NCBI GenBank assembly: GCA_010405405.1
Contig: MU004231.1
Span: 3,574,583 to 3,594,582 of the forward strand
Direction of reading: 5' to 3'
DNA length: 20,000 nt
From: Microthyrium microscopicum
Taxonomy: Eukaryota
Shown here: piece by piece, positions 1-11,289 of the stretch
Position numbering within the stretch: the first letter of the stretch is position 1
Layout of the letters: every line of letters begins with the position of its first letter
Position numbers and translations under genes: made by a program
Notes under the pieces: generated by a model
The model's database searches: none
Seen by the model: only the letters and a program-made list of their open reading frames with translations
What the model was told of the DNA's origin: nothing

Positions 1-192
1 GCACGCGAACAAACTTGGCCTTTCCGCTCCCACGCCGCCATCAACCTCCATTGAGGCCATTCATCATCACATCTACCAGCCAGTCTGAGGTCCTTTTACC
101 GCCTGACTTTTTGATCTCCTTGTCTCTCAGGGCCGCCCCGCCCGAGTGACCTCAGTCCTTGACCCGAAATTGAATCCTGATCCATCGCCATC

Positions 193-595
193 ATGATGTC
201 TTCACTCTATGAGCCGAGAGCTATGGAAGGCGCTAGGAATCGCAAACAAAGCATGGCCGAACTTAAATTGCGTCGATTACAAGAGCTGGTGGCGCGATTG
301 AGAGAAGATTTGGAACGAAGGCGGATACCGGTATCAGAAGCAGCAAACGAGTATGTTCCATCGCCAAACTTGCCAAACTCATCTCGGATATTTCGCTAAT
401 CGTAGTATCTTCACAGTCTCATCAATTACACTAAAAAAGAGCCCAAAGATTACATGGTACCATCATTGTGGGGATACGTAAGTTTTTCTATACTCAATTG
501 ATATCAGAGTCAGCCTTACTGACCCATCATAGCCTGCTAGAGGCGAGGACCCATACACACCTCAACAAACGGGCGGCTGTTGTTCAGTAATGTAA
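193..595 (+). CDS. gpgA: Heterotrimeric G-protein gamma subunit (Ste18/GpgA family), 93 aa; exons 193-350, 417-477, 533-595
   Basis: KQSMAELKLRRL..L..RLREDLER in exon 1. Canonical introns 351-416 (GTATGT..GCTAAT..CAG) and 478-532 (GTAAGT..CTGAC..TAG) splice in frame to LINY..KDYMVPSLWG and EDPY.PQQTGGCCSVM*, ending in the CCaaX lipidation motif of fungal G-gamma subunits. Confidence 0.96.
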
Positions 596-1339
596 GAGAT
601 GCAAGAATGAGCGGATTAGATGGTCTTTTCGTCATCATCAAGGCGTTATGGGTCAGGGAAACGTTTTCAATCTCTTGTGTATTCCATCAAGTCTACTGGA
701 TCATTGGTTGATACGCTATAATACCCACGCATGCCCTACTCTGCTTCATATGGAGCCGGTTTACGTTCCGGTTGATAGCTGAATAGGTTTGGATTTGGCG
801 TCAAAAGCCGTGGGTGGCATTCATCATTAACGACTGGTTGGAGGGACCAGCAAAACTTGCGATCGGTGCATTTTCGATGTTCGATAAGAAGCAACCGTCC
901 GAGATTAATCGCAGTGTCAAACTCAAATAAATGTTTTAAATGCTAGTATTTCCTCAATTGTCATTGGTCGCTTACCAGATACCGACTGCAAAAAAATGAG
1001 TGGATTCGTCCGACCTTGTTTGTACTTTGTGTGCCAGAACGGTTCATGCTTTATTACTATTCCAGTACCGGAGGACAGGTCCGCTTCCTCAACATTGATA
1101 TTCCAGCACTTTAATGGGACAGGGTATGCATGTCAAGTCATTTACCTGCCCGTCATTGGGCCGGAAAAATCAACCAGGATATCGAATGTTTTAAAGTACC
1201 TACTACGTAGTGTCCTATTTTCGGCCTCGTCAATGGGCTGGCAAGGCTGGTCACTCCGCTATAAAAACAACCCGATACCGGGTTTATCAACAACTCCAAA
1301 CACTTACAACAACATAACAAGTCGAATAAATAAATCATC

Positions 1340-2405
1340 ATGGCACACAGAGCAAGCGTAGGAATCATTTCAATTGGGGAGATGGGTTTGGGTGTCGCAA
1401 AGCTCCTCATATCACAAAATTACCGCGTCTTGACAAACATCACAGGCAGGAGGTACGTACCGAACACATTCTGATATTCCAAACCACACTTCTCTCCAAA
1501 AAGAAACGCTTTCAAACTCTAACATCTGTCATAGCCAACATACCCAAGACCGAGCCAAAGGCGCCTCCGTCCAACTCGTCTCCTCAGACGCAGACCTAGT
1601 CCACCAATCCGACTACATAGTCTCCATCGTGCCCCCCAAAGACGCCCTCGCCACCGCCGACCGCATCGTCTCCGCACAATCCAGCAAACCACGTCCCTCT
1701 GATGCTTCTCCCCTGTACTATCTCGACCTCAATGCCGTAGCACCCAGTTCCGCGCTCGCCATTGCCGCGCGCTTCAAAGACTTGAGCTCCGCCATCCGCT
1801 TTGTTGATGGCGGCATCATTGGTGGTCCTCCAAAAGCACCAGCAGATGGCGGCGATGCTAGTGATGCAGCTGCATGGACGCGTCCGTCCATCGTGCTGAG
1901 TGGCAAGTTTCCGCTGGTCGAGGCACCAAAGGATGGGAAACATATGGCCGAGTTGCTGAACACGAAACATGTGGGTGATGATATTGGCGTCGCTAGTGGA
2001 CTCAAGTGCTGCTATGCGACGCTCACCAAGGGATTCACTGCGCTGGCAATCCAGAGCTATACGACGGCCGCACGGCTGGGTGTGCTGGAGGAGTTACGGA
2101 CTGAGATTCGTGCGACGAATCCGGCGAACGAGAAGAGGGCTAATGGTGGCCTGGTTGGCATGGCGCCGAAGAGTGGACGGTGGGTGGCGGAGATGCACGA
2201 GATTGCAAAGACACATCGTGAGACTGGTGGGTGGGCGGATGCGGGTGAGAAAGAGGGTGGAGCTAGTGGGATCTTTGATGGAGCGGCGGAAGTTTATAGA
2301 TATGTTGCGGAGGATACGGTGTTGGGGAAGGAACATAGTTTGAAGAGGACGAGGGGGACTACGGCGGAGGATGTGGTTGCTGCTATCAATGAGAGTAGGA
2401 AGTAG
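1340..2405 (+). CDS. 6-phosphogluconate/3-hydroxyisobutyrate dehydrogenase-like NAD(P)-binding protein with DUF1932-type C-terminus, 327 aa; exons 1340-1452, 1535-2405
   Basis: ATG at 1340 gives Rossmann motif VGIISIGEMGLGVA. Intron 1453-1534 (GTACGT..CTAAC..TAG) joins in frame to the 1629-2405 ORF with SIVPP, YLDLNAVAP, DGGIIGGPP, ASGLKCCYATLTKG and RWVAEMHEIA. Confidence 0.9.
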
Positions 2406-4353
2406 GTTGTGGGATCAGAGATCCATAGCGGCATGTAGTATCGATAAATAAGATAGTAACTACTAGTAGCTGGTAGAAACATGATTTTTTCTTACCACAA
2501 ATATGAGAACAGCGATATCAAGAGCGTGAATCTCACCACAGACGGCGACGGGCTCTGCAGACTGAGCCATAGACGACGAGGCCCTTTCACAAGGTCTCCC
2601 GCATGTACAATTTTTCATTCTAATATTCCCTTATAGTTTTGCCTGCCTCTTGTTGCTGCCTTTACTTGTCTGCCAATCGCTGGTCGATAGTCAAAGCACA
2701 TGGTTGCGGTTCAATGGCCGATACTAATGGGCAGTGAGCTGCTGTGGTATCCTCGCCGCGTAGCTGTTATGGTCACGGCAGTAAGACGAAAGGTTGATGG
2801 CTTTTCCGCTTTCTTGTCCCAACGTCGCTTCTTCGTCCGATGCGTGTTTGGGTTGAAAAACACTACACGAGCCGGCGCCGAGGACAAGATATCTTTGAGA
2901 AAGGCTGGAGATCGGTGGCCTTCTTCCAACGAGCGTTGTTGGATCTAGTCAAATGAGCTGAAAGTCCCAGGCCACGGGGAAGTTCTGCAGCGCGAAAACG
3001 ATGAGAACAGTTTTGAGAGGCAGATGAGTACTTCATTTCGTTGAAGTACGATATCGGCTTGGAAGGATCTCGAGTAGGCCCCTTTTTGAAGCATTACAAG
3101 ATCAGACTGTAGTTGCACCCACCAATCATCACTGTGACGGCCTGTGTTCGGTATAAGGCTAAAGTATAATCTTTTGGCTATGCGAGTATTCCAGATACAA
3201 CAAAATGATCTTAGTTATCGTTAGGAAGCTTAAGCTCGGAAGCGTCGAATGCTGCTTTTAGCTTTGGCATTCGTAAAGACTGCGATCGACGATTCCGTGC
3301 CTTGCAATTCAAGTTATGACGTGCCCGCCTACCTACTTGAGTAGGTCGGCAGGGCGATAATCAGCCTGATGGTGACCGTTATATTCGACATGGTATAAGC
3401 GGTCAAGAATACGGCGATGTATGGTTGGATATAAATAAACAAACAAACTTCGCCGCGGAGAACCCGAACCACCCTCTAGAGAAAGAAGGAAACACTACAT
3501 GGCCCTTTTATGTAAGTCAATTGCGCCAAAAGACTGGGAGTTCTCCCTTCATAAGGATGAGCTCCATAATACTTGAAGCCCAAGTATTTTGCTGGAGTGA
3601 GAAAGATCAGGCATAATGTACATGTTTGACAACAACACTACAAATTCCGAAACCAGCAAAACGTCGTATGGTTACCAAGTATCCCAAGAAACCACTTGGA
3701 CGCCAAAAAGTTGGCAGTGTCAATAGCTTGAATATAGAGTATTCGATTCAACCCTCAACATTTCTTTTACATCTCATTTTCTGGTAGTTGGTGTCTACAT
3801 GACAAAGAAATAGCCATCACTCCATGAGGTTCAAAGTTGTGGCACGAAGGTGACTAATTTGGAAATCCCCAGTGGTTTGAATAGATCAAGTCCAATCGTT
3901 CGTCCATTTCACAGCAAATACGCCGCTCAGTAGGTGGGAAGTCTCCAGTATAAGTCACAAAACTTGTACGTTAGGGCCAAAGAATAGTGGAAACATCTTT
4001 GCCCAAGGCCCAATAGCCAAAGTCCTTTTTCTCTCTTGCAGTGTGCTGAACAGCGAGACGTTTCATATCTTGAACTAAGCTCTAGGCCTGCCTCAAGTCA
4101 ACAATGCGTCAAGTTTCTACTCTTAACTGCCCAATTATTAAACATGACCAAATCTGATCGGCATCATTCGCCTGAATACACTTAGTACCCCAGAGAAGTT
4201 TATAGAATACCTAAATGTGATGTGAGAACCAGTCATCCTTTATCCACGACTTACAACCTGTCACTCCAGCGTCAGTGAGCCGAATTCTGGTCGACATGAA
4301 AATTTCTCTCATATTATTGTTGTGAATATCAACTATAGCCCTTGACAGTGGGA

Positions 4354-5610
4354 ATGTCTCTCATGAACGATACATTCACAGCTTGGAGGATACCCCTCTA
4401 TGTCTTGCTGGAATGGCCGAAAGCTGATCTCGAGCATCCTGTGATAAGGAGATGGTCAGTGCCGATTTATCTTGCGCTTTGGGCTCTTGGAACTGTGTGT
4501 CTACTGGGTCGGTCATATGCTAGATATCAAGGAAGAGCGGGGAGACTAGCGATAGATGATACTATACTGGGGATTGCCTGGGTAAGTTCAGTGACTGTCC
4601 ATGATGAACGAGCTGACAGGTCTTCAGATATTTGCCACGATATCAATCGTAACGAGCATATATGGTAGGCTTTATCAAGCAACTTCAACACATATCTAGT
4701 ACTGACATTAGGATTAGGTGTCTTGGGAGCTGGCTTTGATCGCCATGTATGGGATGCTCTTGTCTTCGGCGGCCGTCAAGGCGTGGTATGGCTATCGATC
4801 TCGTGAGATATTCTATCGCTAACGAAGCCACAGGCCGCATGGGTCCATGAACTAACCTTCATCATCGGCTCCTCACTTGCGAAAGCCTCTGTTCTTGTCT
4901 TCTATCGTCGAATATTTGCTCCAGTCAAATTCTCCACGATGAGATGGGCAGTCGACTTTGCATTATTCATCACCTTAGCTTTCATGACCGCCATATCCAT
5001 CAGCATCATTTTCGCCTGCTCTCCGGTTCATGCCTTCTGGGATGCGTCTAATCCGACCTACGGAGGGAAATACCATTGCTTCGATCGTCACATATACGAC
5101 CCTATCAAAGGCTTGATCAGCGTCATAAGCGACATCTTTTGTCTTCTTCTACCACAAATTGTTATTTCAAGGCTGAAGCTAGAAACAGGCGCAACATTAC
5201 GCTTGAGCATAATATTTGGGTGCGGGATCTTGTAAGATATCTCCTTCACGTTTTCACTGGGATGATCGCTGACAGAATGAAATAGAGCTACATTGGCTGG
5301 CATTGCTCGGACAGTAGAGTTAACACGACTCTACTCAGATCCATTGCGGGATCTTACATGTAAGTCCTAAAAATTCCCAAGCATCAACAAATGCTGATCA
5401 CGTACAGGGGTTGGACACGATGTCTTCCTTTGGGCAGAGGTAGAGATTCAACTGGGTATAATATGTGCTTCAGTCCCTATGATCACGACCTTATTTCGAC
5501 CTCCATCACAAGCAGTACAGGACATGATGAAGTCAAAATCGGCGGAGAGAGAAAGTCAACAACCAATAAATAATACCACTGTCCAGGAATTGTCAAATCT
5601 TAACCCATAA
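4354..5610 (+). CDS. PTH11-like fungal rhodopsin-domain integral membrane protein without CFEM, 335 aa; exons 4354-4581, 4628-4664, 4718-4785, 4834-5231, 5286-5359, 5408-5610
   Basis: Five GT..branch..AG introns splice to one 1008-nt open frame with family motifs WP..D..HP, R.YAR....LAIDD, FDRHVWD, KASVLVFYRRIF, C.PV.AFWD, SDIFCLLLP, DLTW and EIQLGIICASVP. Confidence 0.9.
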
Positions 5611-5657
5611 TGAAGTCGAAGGAACCTGAATTATTGTATTATGTATAAACCATGACG

Positions 5658-6513
5658 TTACTGGTTTTTAGCAATCAATTCTCCATTAGTAACCACATAC
5701 CATGCATCCTGAGTTGTCTGAAAGTCTTTCCACGCTCTTGAAATCCGTTGCATATCCTCCTCTTTTGCCATTCCCATGGAAACACAGTTATCATGAAACT
5801 CCGACTGTAATACTCGATCTGCCCACATCCCTATAACCCGTTAGCTCGACATACTCATGGCCAACGAATGACTTACCAGCCCAAAAGTCCAATCCTTCCT
5901 GATCCGCATAAGTCCAATTACTGCTAGTCACCGTAACATCACTCTGCTCAAACCCAGCCTCCCTCGCAAACTTCCTAAACATCTTTCCCGCCCCTGGATG
6001 TGTCCCCAAACGTGTCGAAATCCCCCAAAACAGCTCCCTAAACTCCACCAGCTCGGGCTTCTCCGGCCAATGTAGGAAGTCCGTCATATCCCGCACCGCC
6101 ACTATCCCTCCCTTCTTCGTTACTCGCCTCATCTCCTTCAGCGCTCTGACTGGATCACCTAAATGCTGCAACACCTGATGGGCATGAACCACATCAAACG
6201 TGCCATCCGGAAAGTCGAGCGCATACACATCGCCCGTGTGGAACTCAACGTTCGCCACGCCGCTCTCTTTGGCAAGGCTCGTTGCGTCCGCGATGACAAT
6301 GTCAGCGCGGTCAAGTCCAATGACGTGGCCTGAGGGCACACGGCTGGCGAGGTCAATGGTGATGTTGCCGGGCCCGCAGCCGACGTCGAGGATGGTAGTT
6401 GTTGGAGTGAGGTGTGGGACGAGGTAGGCGGCGCTGTTTTCGACGGTGCGCCATTTGTGGGAGCGGAGAACGCTGGGATGGTGGCCGTGGGCGTATTGGG
6501 CTTCTTCTGGCAT
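5658..6513 (-). CDS. Class I SAM-dependent methyltransferase (UbiE/Methyltransf_11-like), 269 aa; exons 6513-5877, 5830-5658
   Basis: YAHGHHPSVLRSHKWRTVENSAAYL, motif I ILDVGCGPG, FDVVHAHQVLQH, MRRVTKKGG. A 46-nt intron 5876-5831 (GTAAGT..GCTAAC..TAG) leads to GMWADRVLQSEF...ISRAWKDF...DAWY..GELIAKNQ*. Confidence 0.92.
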
Positions 6514-7046
6514 GATGAGTGGTATGTGTGATAGGTGATTGAGTGGTGTTTTGGGGTCGATGATGGATGTTGCTGGAGTAAGAGGTCAGTGACTGTTTGA
6601 ATTGAGCCTTAAAAAGTGACGAAAATGAGGCTTCTTTGATCACAATTATGGGACTGCGAAGTCGGGATCTGACTATTTTATATGCATGGCTATCTATTTC
6701 TCAAACCCTTGCGTCCTCTTACAAGTAAAGACAATTAGAACCTACCTTTCAGCTAGAATGATTGTTTGGTTGCGATGTCGGAGTGATATGGAGTTCAGGA
6801 GACGGCGCAGACGATCAGGGTCCTGAGCTCTTTAAATGTTTGTTGGATCAGGCTGAAATTGGTGGAAATAGGCCGGATATAAATACTACTTATTAGGCAA
6901 CACCAAAGATAGATTGTGTGGCAAATCTCGTCGACCTAAGGTACATCTATTCAGAATGCTAGAAAAACCGTAATTACTGTATTGGCACTAGAAGCAGGTT
7001 AATATACATGTGTGAAAATACAGGGTATCATAATACGAAGAAGTCG

Positions 7047-8543
7047 TCATGAAGGTACTGATGGTTTGTGAACGGATGGTGACTTCAGATTGTTCTCAAT
7101 CCAGCCGCGACCATCAATCTCATTTTCGGGAGAGACAATGTTCTCCATGCTCCATTTCCCGAGCACGCGGATGCCTAAAGAGCTGATATGTCCAGCCTCA
7201 TACATTTCGCATCCAGCCCAGCCTATCATAGCCGCATTGTCTGTACACAGAGCAATGGGTGGAGCGCAAATTTCGATGTGACCAAATCCTCTAGCTCTGA
7301 GGAGTTGTTGAATGACATAACGCAAGAATTTGTTGGAAGCGACTCCACCACTAAGGACTAAGGTCTTGGAAGGCGAACTACCATGGCTCTTCTCTTCTTC
7401 TAGAGCGAGAACAATTCGACTCGCAATTTGCCCAAAGGCAACTTTCATGGTTTCTTGCGCTAAACACCGAGCTTCGGCCTCTGGCATAAGGCTCGTTCGA
7501 TTTTGCTTGCTCCATTTTGACAGCGCTTTATCCCATCCTCGCTCAGCGATTCTCTGGGCTTGAGATTCAATTCCCGTGAAGCTGAACTCGGGTATGTTGA
7601 GCCTTGATCCTGCTCGAGAGATGGCGAGTGGGAGAGTAATATACCACCCATAGGACGTTGGACGCTTTGCTCGAGCTCTCTCTTCCGAAAGTGATTTTGG
7701 CGGATCGTAAGAGTAATCGGACGACCCATTAGGAAAGGCGAACTTTTCTAGGATAGGGCCGTATGATGGAGTTTTACTGGATGCTATGAGCTCCTCAGGA
7801 AGCAGAAATCGGCCGATCTTGTCAAGACAGTCTCCAATTGCATAATCTCCCGTGTTTGCTAGGATCTTATGGGTTACAAGATCCTCCGACCTTACGAGTA
7901 GTGTGTGGCCGCCCGAGACAAGAAGTGACAGAAATGGGAATTCTGGCTTGGGCGATAGGTTGGTGTTTGGAAAGTCTGCCTTCCCTGGCAACTCAGCATC
8001 CAATGCATTAACAAGCCTGGATGTCAAAGCATGGGCTTGCATATGATGTACTCCGACAAGAGGAACCTGCCACGCGACTGAAAGTCCTTTTGCTGTATGT
8101 AGTCCAGTATTCAGACTTGTCCGCATTCCGGGTCCTCGAGTGACTGAAATGAAATCCGGAGCTTTTCTCAGCGAGCTCGAACCATCCTTTTCAGATATTT
8201 CAATGCATCTTGTCGAAGAATTGTAGCCGTTCGCAGGGATCGCAGGACGTGGGAGGTATGGCAAGGCTTGATTAAGCAGTCCAGCAAGTGTTTTCTCGTG
8301 GCCTTCGAGGGCAACTATTGGATGGATGCCAAGCAGAGGACCTTGATCCGCTGTTATCCGCTGATTGAAATGTAGACGGGCAGCTGCGCCGTTCTTCTCG
8401 ACTATTGCGACGGCAGTATCGTCACAGCTGGTTTCGATTGCAAGAGTAAGGAGACCACGGCGCCGAATGGCGGAGGATATCGTTTGGACCAGAGTCCTGT
8501 GAAAGGCATAATGAGATGTCTGAGAGAGACGATAAAGCTTCAT
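7047..8543 (-). CDS. QRI7: Mitochondrial tRNA N6-adenosine threonylcarbamoyltransferase (Qri7/TsaD family), 498 aa, single exon
   Basis: LAIETSCDDTAVA, VTRGPGM, GVHHMQAHAL (metal-binding HxxxH), LLVSGGHT, GDCLDK, FSFTG, SGGVASN, LCTDNAAMIGWAG; basic/Ser-rich N-terminal presequence. First ATG is at 8543 (the ORF track start at 8546 is TTG). Confidence 0.95.
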   Translation of the reverse strand: MKLYRLSQTSHYAFHRTLVQTISSAIRRRGLLTLAIETSCDDTAVAIVEKNGAAARLHFNQRITADQGPLLGIHPIVALEGHEKTLAGLLNQALPYLPRPAIPANGYNSSTRCIEISEKDGSSSLRKAPDFISVTRGPGMRTSLNTGLHTAKGLSVAWQVPLVGVHHMQAHALTSRLVNALDAELPGKADFPNTNLSPKPEFPFLSLLVSGGHTLLVRSEDLVTHKILANTGDYAIGDCLDKIGRFLLPEELIASSKTPSYGPILEKFAFPNGSSDYSYDPPKSLSEERARAKRPTSYGWYITLPLAISRAGSRLNIPEFSFTGIESQAQRIAERGWDKALSKWSKQNRTSLMPEAEARCLAQETMKVAFGQIASRIVLALEEEKSHGSSPSKTLVLSGGVASNKFLRYVIQQLLRARGFGHIEICAPPIALCTDNAAMIGWAGCEMYEAGHISSLGIRVLGKWSMENIVSPENEIDGRGWIENNLKSPSVHKPSVPS

Positions 8544-8593
8544 CAAACGCTTGCAGTATCTATCGTGAAGATTGAATCAAGCAATTGCGACTG

Positions 8594-8614
8594 TGATACC
8601 TGATACCTGATACT
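8594..8614. repeat. Short tandem repeat TGATACC x3 upstream of QRI7
   Basis: tgatacc tgatacc tgatact seen directly. Confidence 0.8.
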
Positions 8615-8667
8615 GTACTTTTCACAGCTGCCCCTGCCGTCCATAAAACTGGACTCGGACTTATCTC

Positions 8668-8730
8668 AGTTCTCAGACCCTAACCCTACCCGTCCGCGGG
8701 CTCCCTCCGTAGGAGGGTCTAAGGCTAACT
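8668..8730. repeat. GC-rich inverted repeat/hairpin at the gene/AT-block border; candidate transposon terminus
   Basis: CTCAGACCCT (8672-8681) pairs with AGGGTCTAAG (8714-8723) with one RIP-type TG>TA mismatch; outer AGTT/AACT; inner CCCG-tccg-CGGG and CCCTCC-gta-GGAGGG. Confidence 0.65.
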
Positions 8731-9810
8731 TGGATCTTTTTAGTATGACGCGCTTCGTAGTTATTAGTAAATACCTATATTATTATAATTATGTCCTTAC
8801 TACTAATATATAAATATTTTTAATAATTCTACTATTATTATAATTACTATCTTTTTCTTTATTAATTCTATAAATTATATCTCTTATTAGAAATACGCAT
8901 TATAGAGAAGAGTCTTATAGAGATAACCTAATTTCTATATAAGCTAGGTATACCTCTCTTTAGTAATAATAGTAATAAAGATAGATTTATCTCTATAATA
9001 ATAAAGACTCTATATTTATATATCTCTAGTAATATAATAACTATAATAGATTCTATAAATACCTTAAGTAGGATTTAATATAAGCCTAATAATACTAAAC
9101 TATTAGGTTATTTATAATTAGTAATAATAATAATACTATAGTAAAGCCTAAACTTAGTTAAATAAAAGCTTACTTTAATACTAAAATATATTTAAGATTA
9201 AAAGATAACTATAAAATCGTTTTTTCTATTATAGGCTAGCTAAAAAGATACTTATAGTAATATTATTCTTAATAGTAACCTATATATTAACGTTATTACT
9301 TACTATAAGCTTTTAAAGGACGTTATAGAAGAGTTATTAAGTAATAGAATTTTACTAAAGTATTATATAGATTTTAGACTATAGGTAGAGTTTTATACCC
9401 TTATAAAACTTATAAGCTTTAACTACTTTAGTAGTAAAGTAGATAATATAAATATTAACTTTAAGAAAGCTATTAAGAAGATAAGAAATACTATACTTAT
9501 TTAGATAGCTTTCTTTTATAAACTTATATATAATTAAAATTATAAAATATATAAATAGAGTAATAAGCTAAGATAGAAGCTTATATATATAATTATAATA
9601 ATTATTTTTTATTAGTAGAGTAGAGAGATAAATAACTATTTAGTAGTAATACTTAGAGTCTATCTACTTAGGTTAGATATAAAGAGATAAATTATAGACT
9701 TACTAGTAGCTCTTAAAGTATATACTAGTTATAAGACTATACTAAGATATATAAAAAAGGTTTTAAGATAAGCCTTAGTATATAATAGTACTATACTTAG
9801 TATTAAATAT

Positions 9811-9920
9811 AAAATCTTATAAAATCTTTAAATATATTATAAAATTTTTATATATCTTATAATATCTTTATATATATTATAAGATCTTTATATATTTTAT
9901 AAGATCTTTAAAAATCTTAA
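9811..9920 (+). repeat. Minisatellite of 11 degenerate 10-mers (20-bp higher-order unit) inside the putative intron
   Basis: aaaatcttat aaaatcttta aatatattat aaaattttta tatatcttat aatatcttta tatatattat aagatcttta tatattttat aagatcttta aaaatcttaa. Confidence 0.85.
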
Positions 9921-11194
9921 GTTTATAACCTTAAAAAACCTTATATATTACTAATACCTAATATATAAAGAAATATTAGATAATATATACTAAACCGTTA
10001 GGCTATCCTATATTATAATAATATAAACTTTATATTTTATAAGTATAATAAGATAGTAGGTAATATTATAAGTATAGTAGCTATTACTACTACTATTATT
10101 ATAATCTATTTATTTTTACTTCTAAGAGGACTAATATAAGATATATATAATCTAATAAAGGAGTTTAACTAGAAATTAATATAGAAAGGCCTATTAGTAA
10201 AGGCTAATAGCTAAGAAGGTAAATATATTAAAACTATTAGCTAGTACCTTATTATAAATACTTTAAAACGTAGTATTCTAGATATTATTAAACTTTAGAT
10301 TATAAAGTATAAAAAGGATAAACACTAGCCTAGTATACTAAATATTAATATACTTATACTATATAAAATAAAGTTTAATTAACTTAGTACTATTATAAAG
10401 AATAAAGAAATAATAAATAGTACTTACTAAGTATATAATAAAATTTTCTTATAATATTTTAGCTTCTTAAAACCTCTAATTAATAATATAGAAGATATAG
10501 CCTTATTATTAGATATTATAGCGTCTATTTTATTCTCTTTACCTAATTCTAGACTAGATGCCTCTTTATCTAGTATAGCCTATTTATCTTTTAGCTAAAT
10601 ATATAGTAAGAGTTTATCTATCTATTATATTTCTAGCTAGGACGGATCTAACGTAGATATATTTAAGAATATATCCTTATCTAGCAGCGGCCCTAAAGAT
10701 AATAACTATAATAATAACTATAATAATAAGTAGATTAATATTAAAGATAATAATATAAGTAAGTTTAATAATAGTAAAATAGAAGAAGCGTCTAATAAAG
10801 AAGGTAGTATAAACATTAAGTCTATTAATAATATAAGTATATTTCCTAATCCTAGACGTAGTATTCCTCTAGTAGATTCTATACTAGTATTATTATTTAG
10901 TATCTTAAATATAGTTAGTAATAAAAACTCTACTAATAGTTTATAAGCATTAGATCTAAGTACTAAAATCTTTAGAAAGAGGCTATTTCTTATTTATAAT
11001 AATTAGTTAAGTATAAAGATTAATTACTCTATTAAGGCTAAGGCATTTAATAAAATATAACTATATAATTTAAGGAAGTTCTTTTATTTAGTTTTTAGGT
11101 AGTTCTATATATATATAAACTACTTCTTCTATATTATTTAAACCTATTAGGATTCCTCTAAGGTTAATATACTAGCTTTATATTCTATTATATA

Positions 11195-11207
11195 TAATAT
11201 TAGTATA
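11195..11207 (+). repeat. Left copy of 13-bp target-site duplication TAATATTAGTATA
   Basis: Identical to 18338-18350; the DUF6589-type reading stops right after this copy. Confidence 0.85.
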
Positions 11208-11289
11208 GAAGCATTATTATACTAAAAGATTAATTTCTTAGAATTATTCTATAAAACTATTATTATTAGATTCTTCTTATTAAGACTAT

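Larger units (their letters stand above)
8880..11207 (+). pseudogene. RIP-inactivated DUF6589-type (putative DNA transposase) gene, 5' part; probable intron ~9778-9968; start approximate
   Basis: De-RIP reading: APxW..F (~9490), NNYL...LGVYLLGSGVKRRI.DLLAALGVCTSY (9631-9735), YDN.NF...RDE.VG....M.AITTA (~10010-10095), GL.QDMHNP, QLGAI.ENEGT.DGTY.VH..IF (~10380-10450), RLFLIHGDQLS (10980-11012), GWFH..MN (11097-11120), THW...HSI.HDI. One frame from 9972 to 11207. Confidence 0.78.

Noticed and set aside
996..1410. ORFs 996-1361 (+) and 1153-1410 (-)
   Set aside because: They overlap the promoter and first exon of the dehydrogenase gene and show no family features.
2700..2948. Overlapping short ORFs 2700-2948 (+) and 2711-2929 (-)
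   Set aside because: No recognisable motif or splice structure; consistent with chance ORFs.
193..5610. G-gamma and PTH11-like receptor as a signalling gene cluster
   Set aside because: PTH11-like genes are numerous in these genomes and an unrelated gene lies between them; proximity alone is not evidence.
5076..8046. Short alternative-frame and antisense ORFs within the PTH11-like, methyltransferase and QRI7 genes
   Set aside because: Shadow ORFs of real coding sequence.
8678..8689. Telomere-like CCCTAACCCTAC
   Set aside because: Only one perfect and one imperfect unit, embedded in the hairpin; not enough for a telomere relic.
9811..9920. CRISPR-like periodic array
   Set aside because: No unique spacers, eukaryotic context; a simple minisatellite.
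8750..11200. Starship captain (DUF3435 tyrosine recombinase) at the start of the block
   Set aside because: The motifs read fit DUF6589-type proteins; no tyrosine recombinase pattern recognised.
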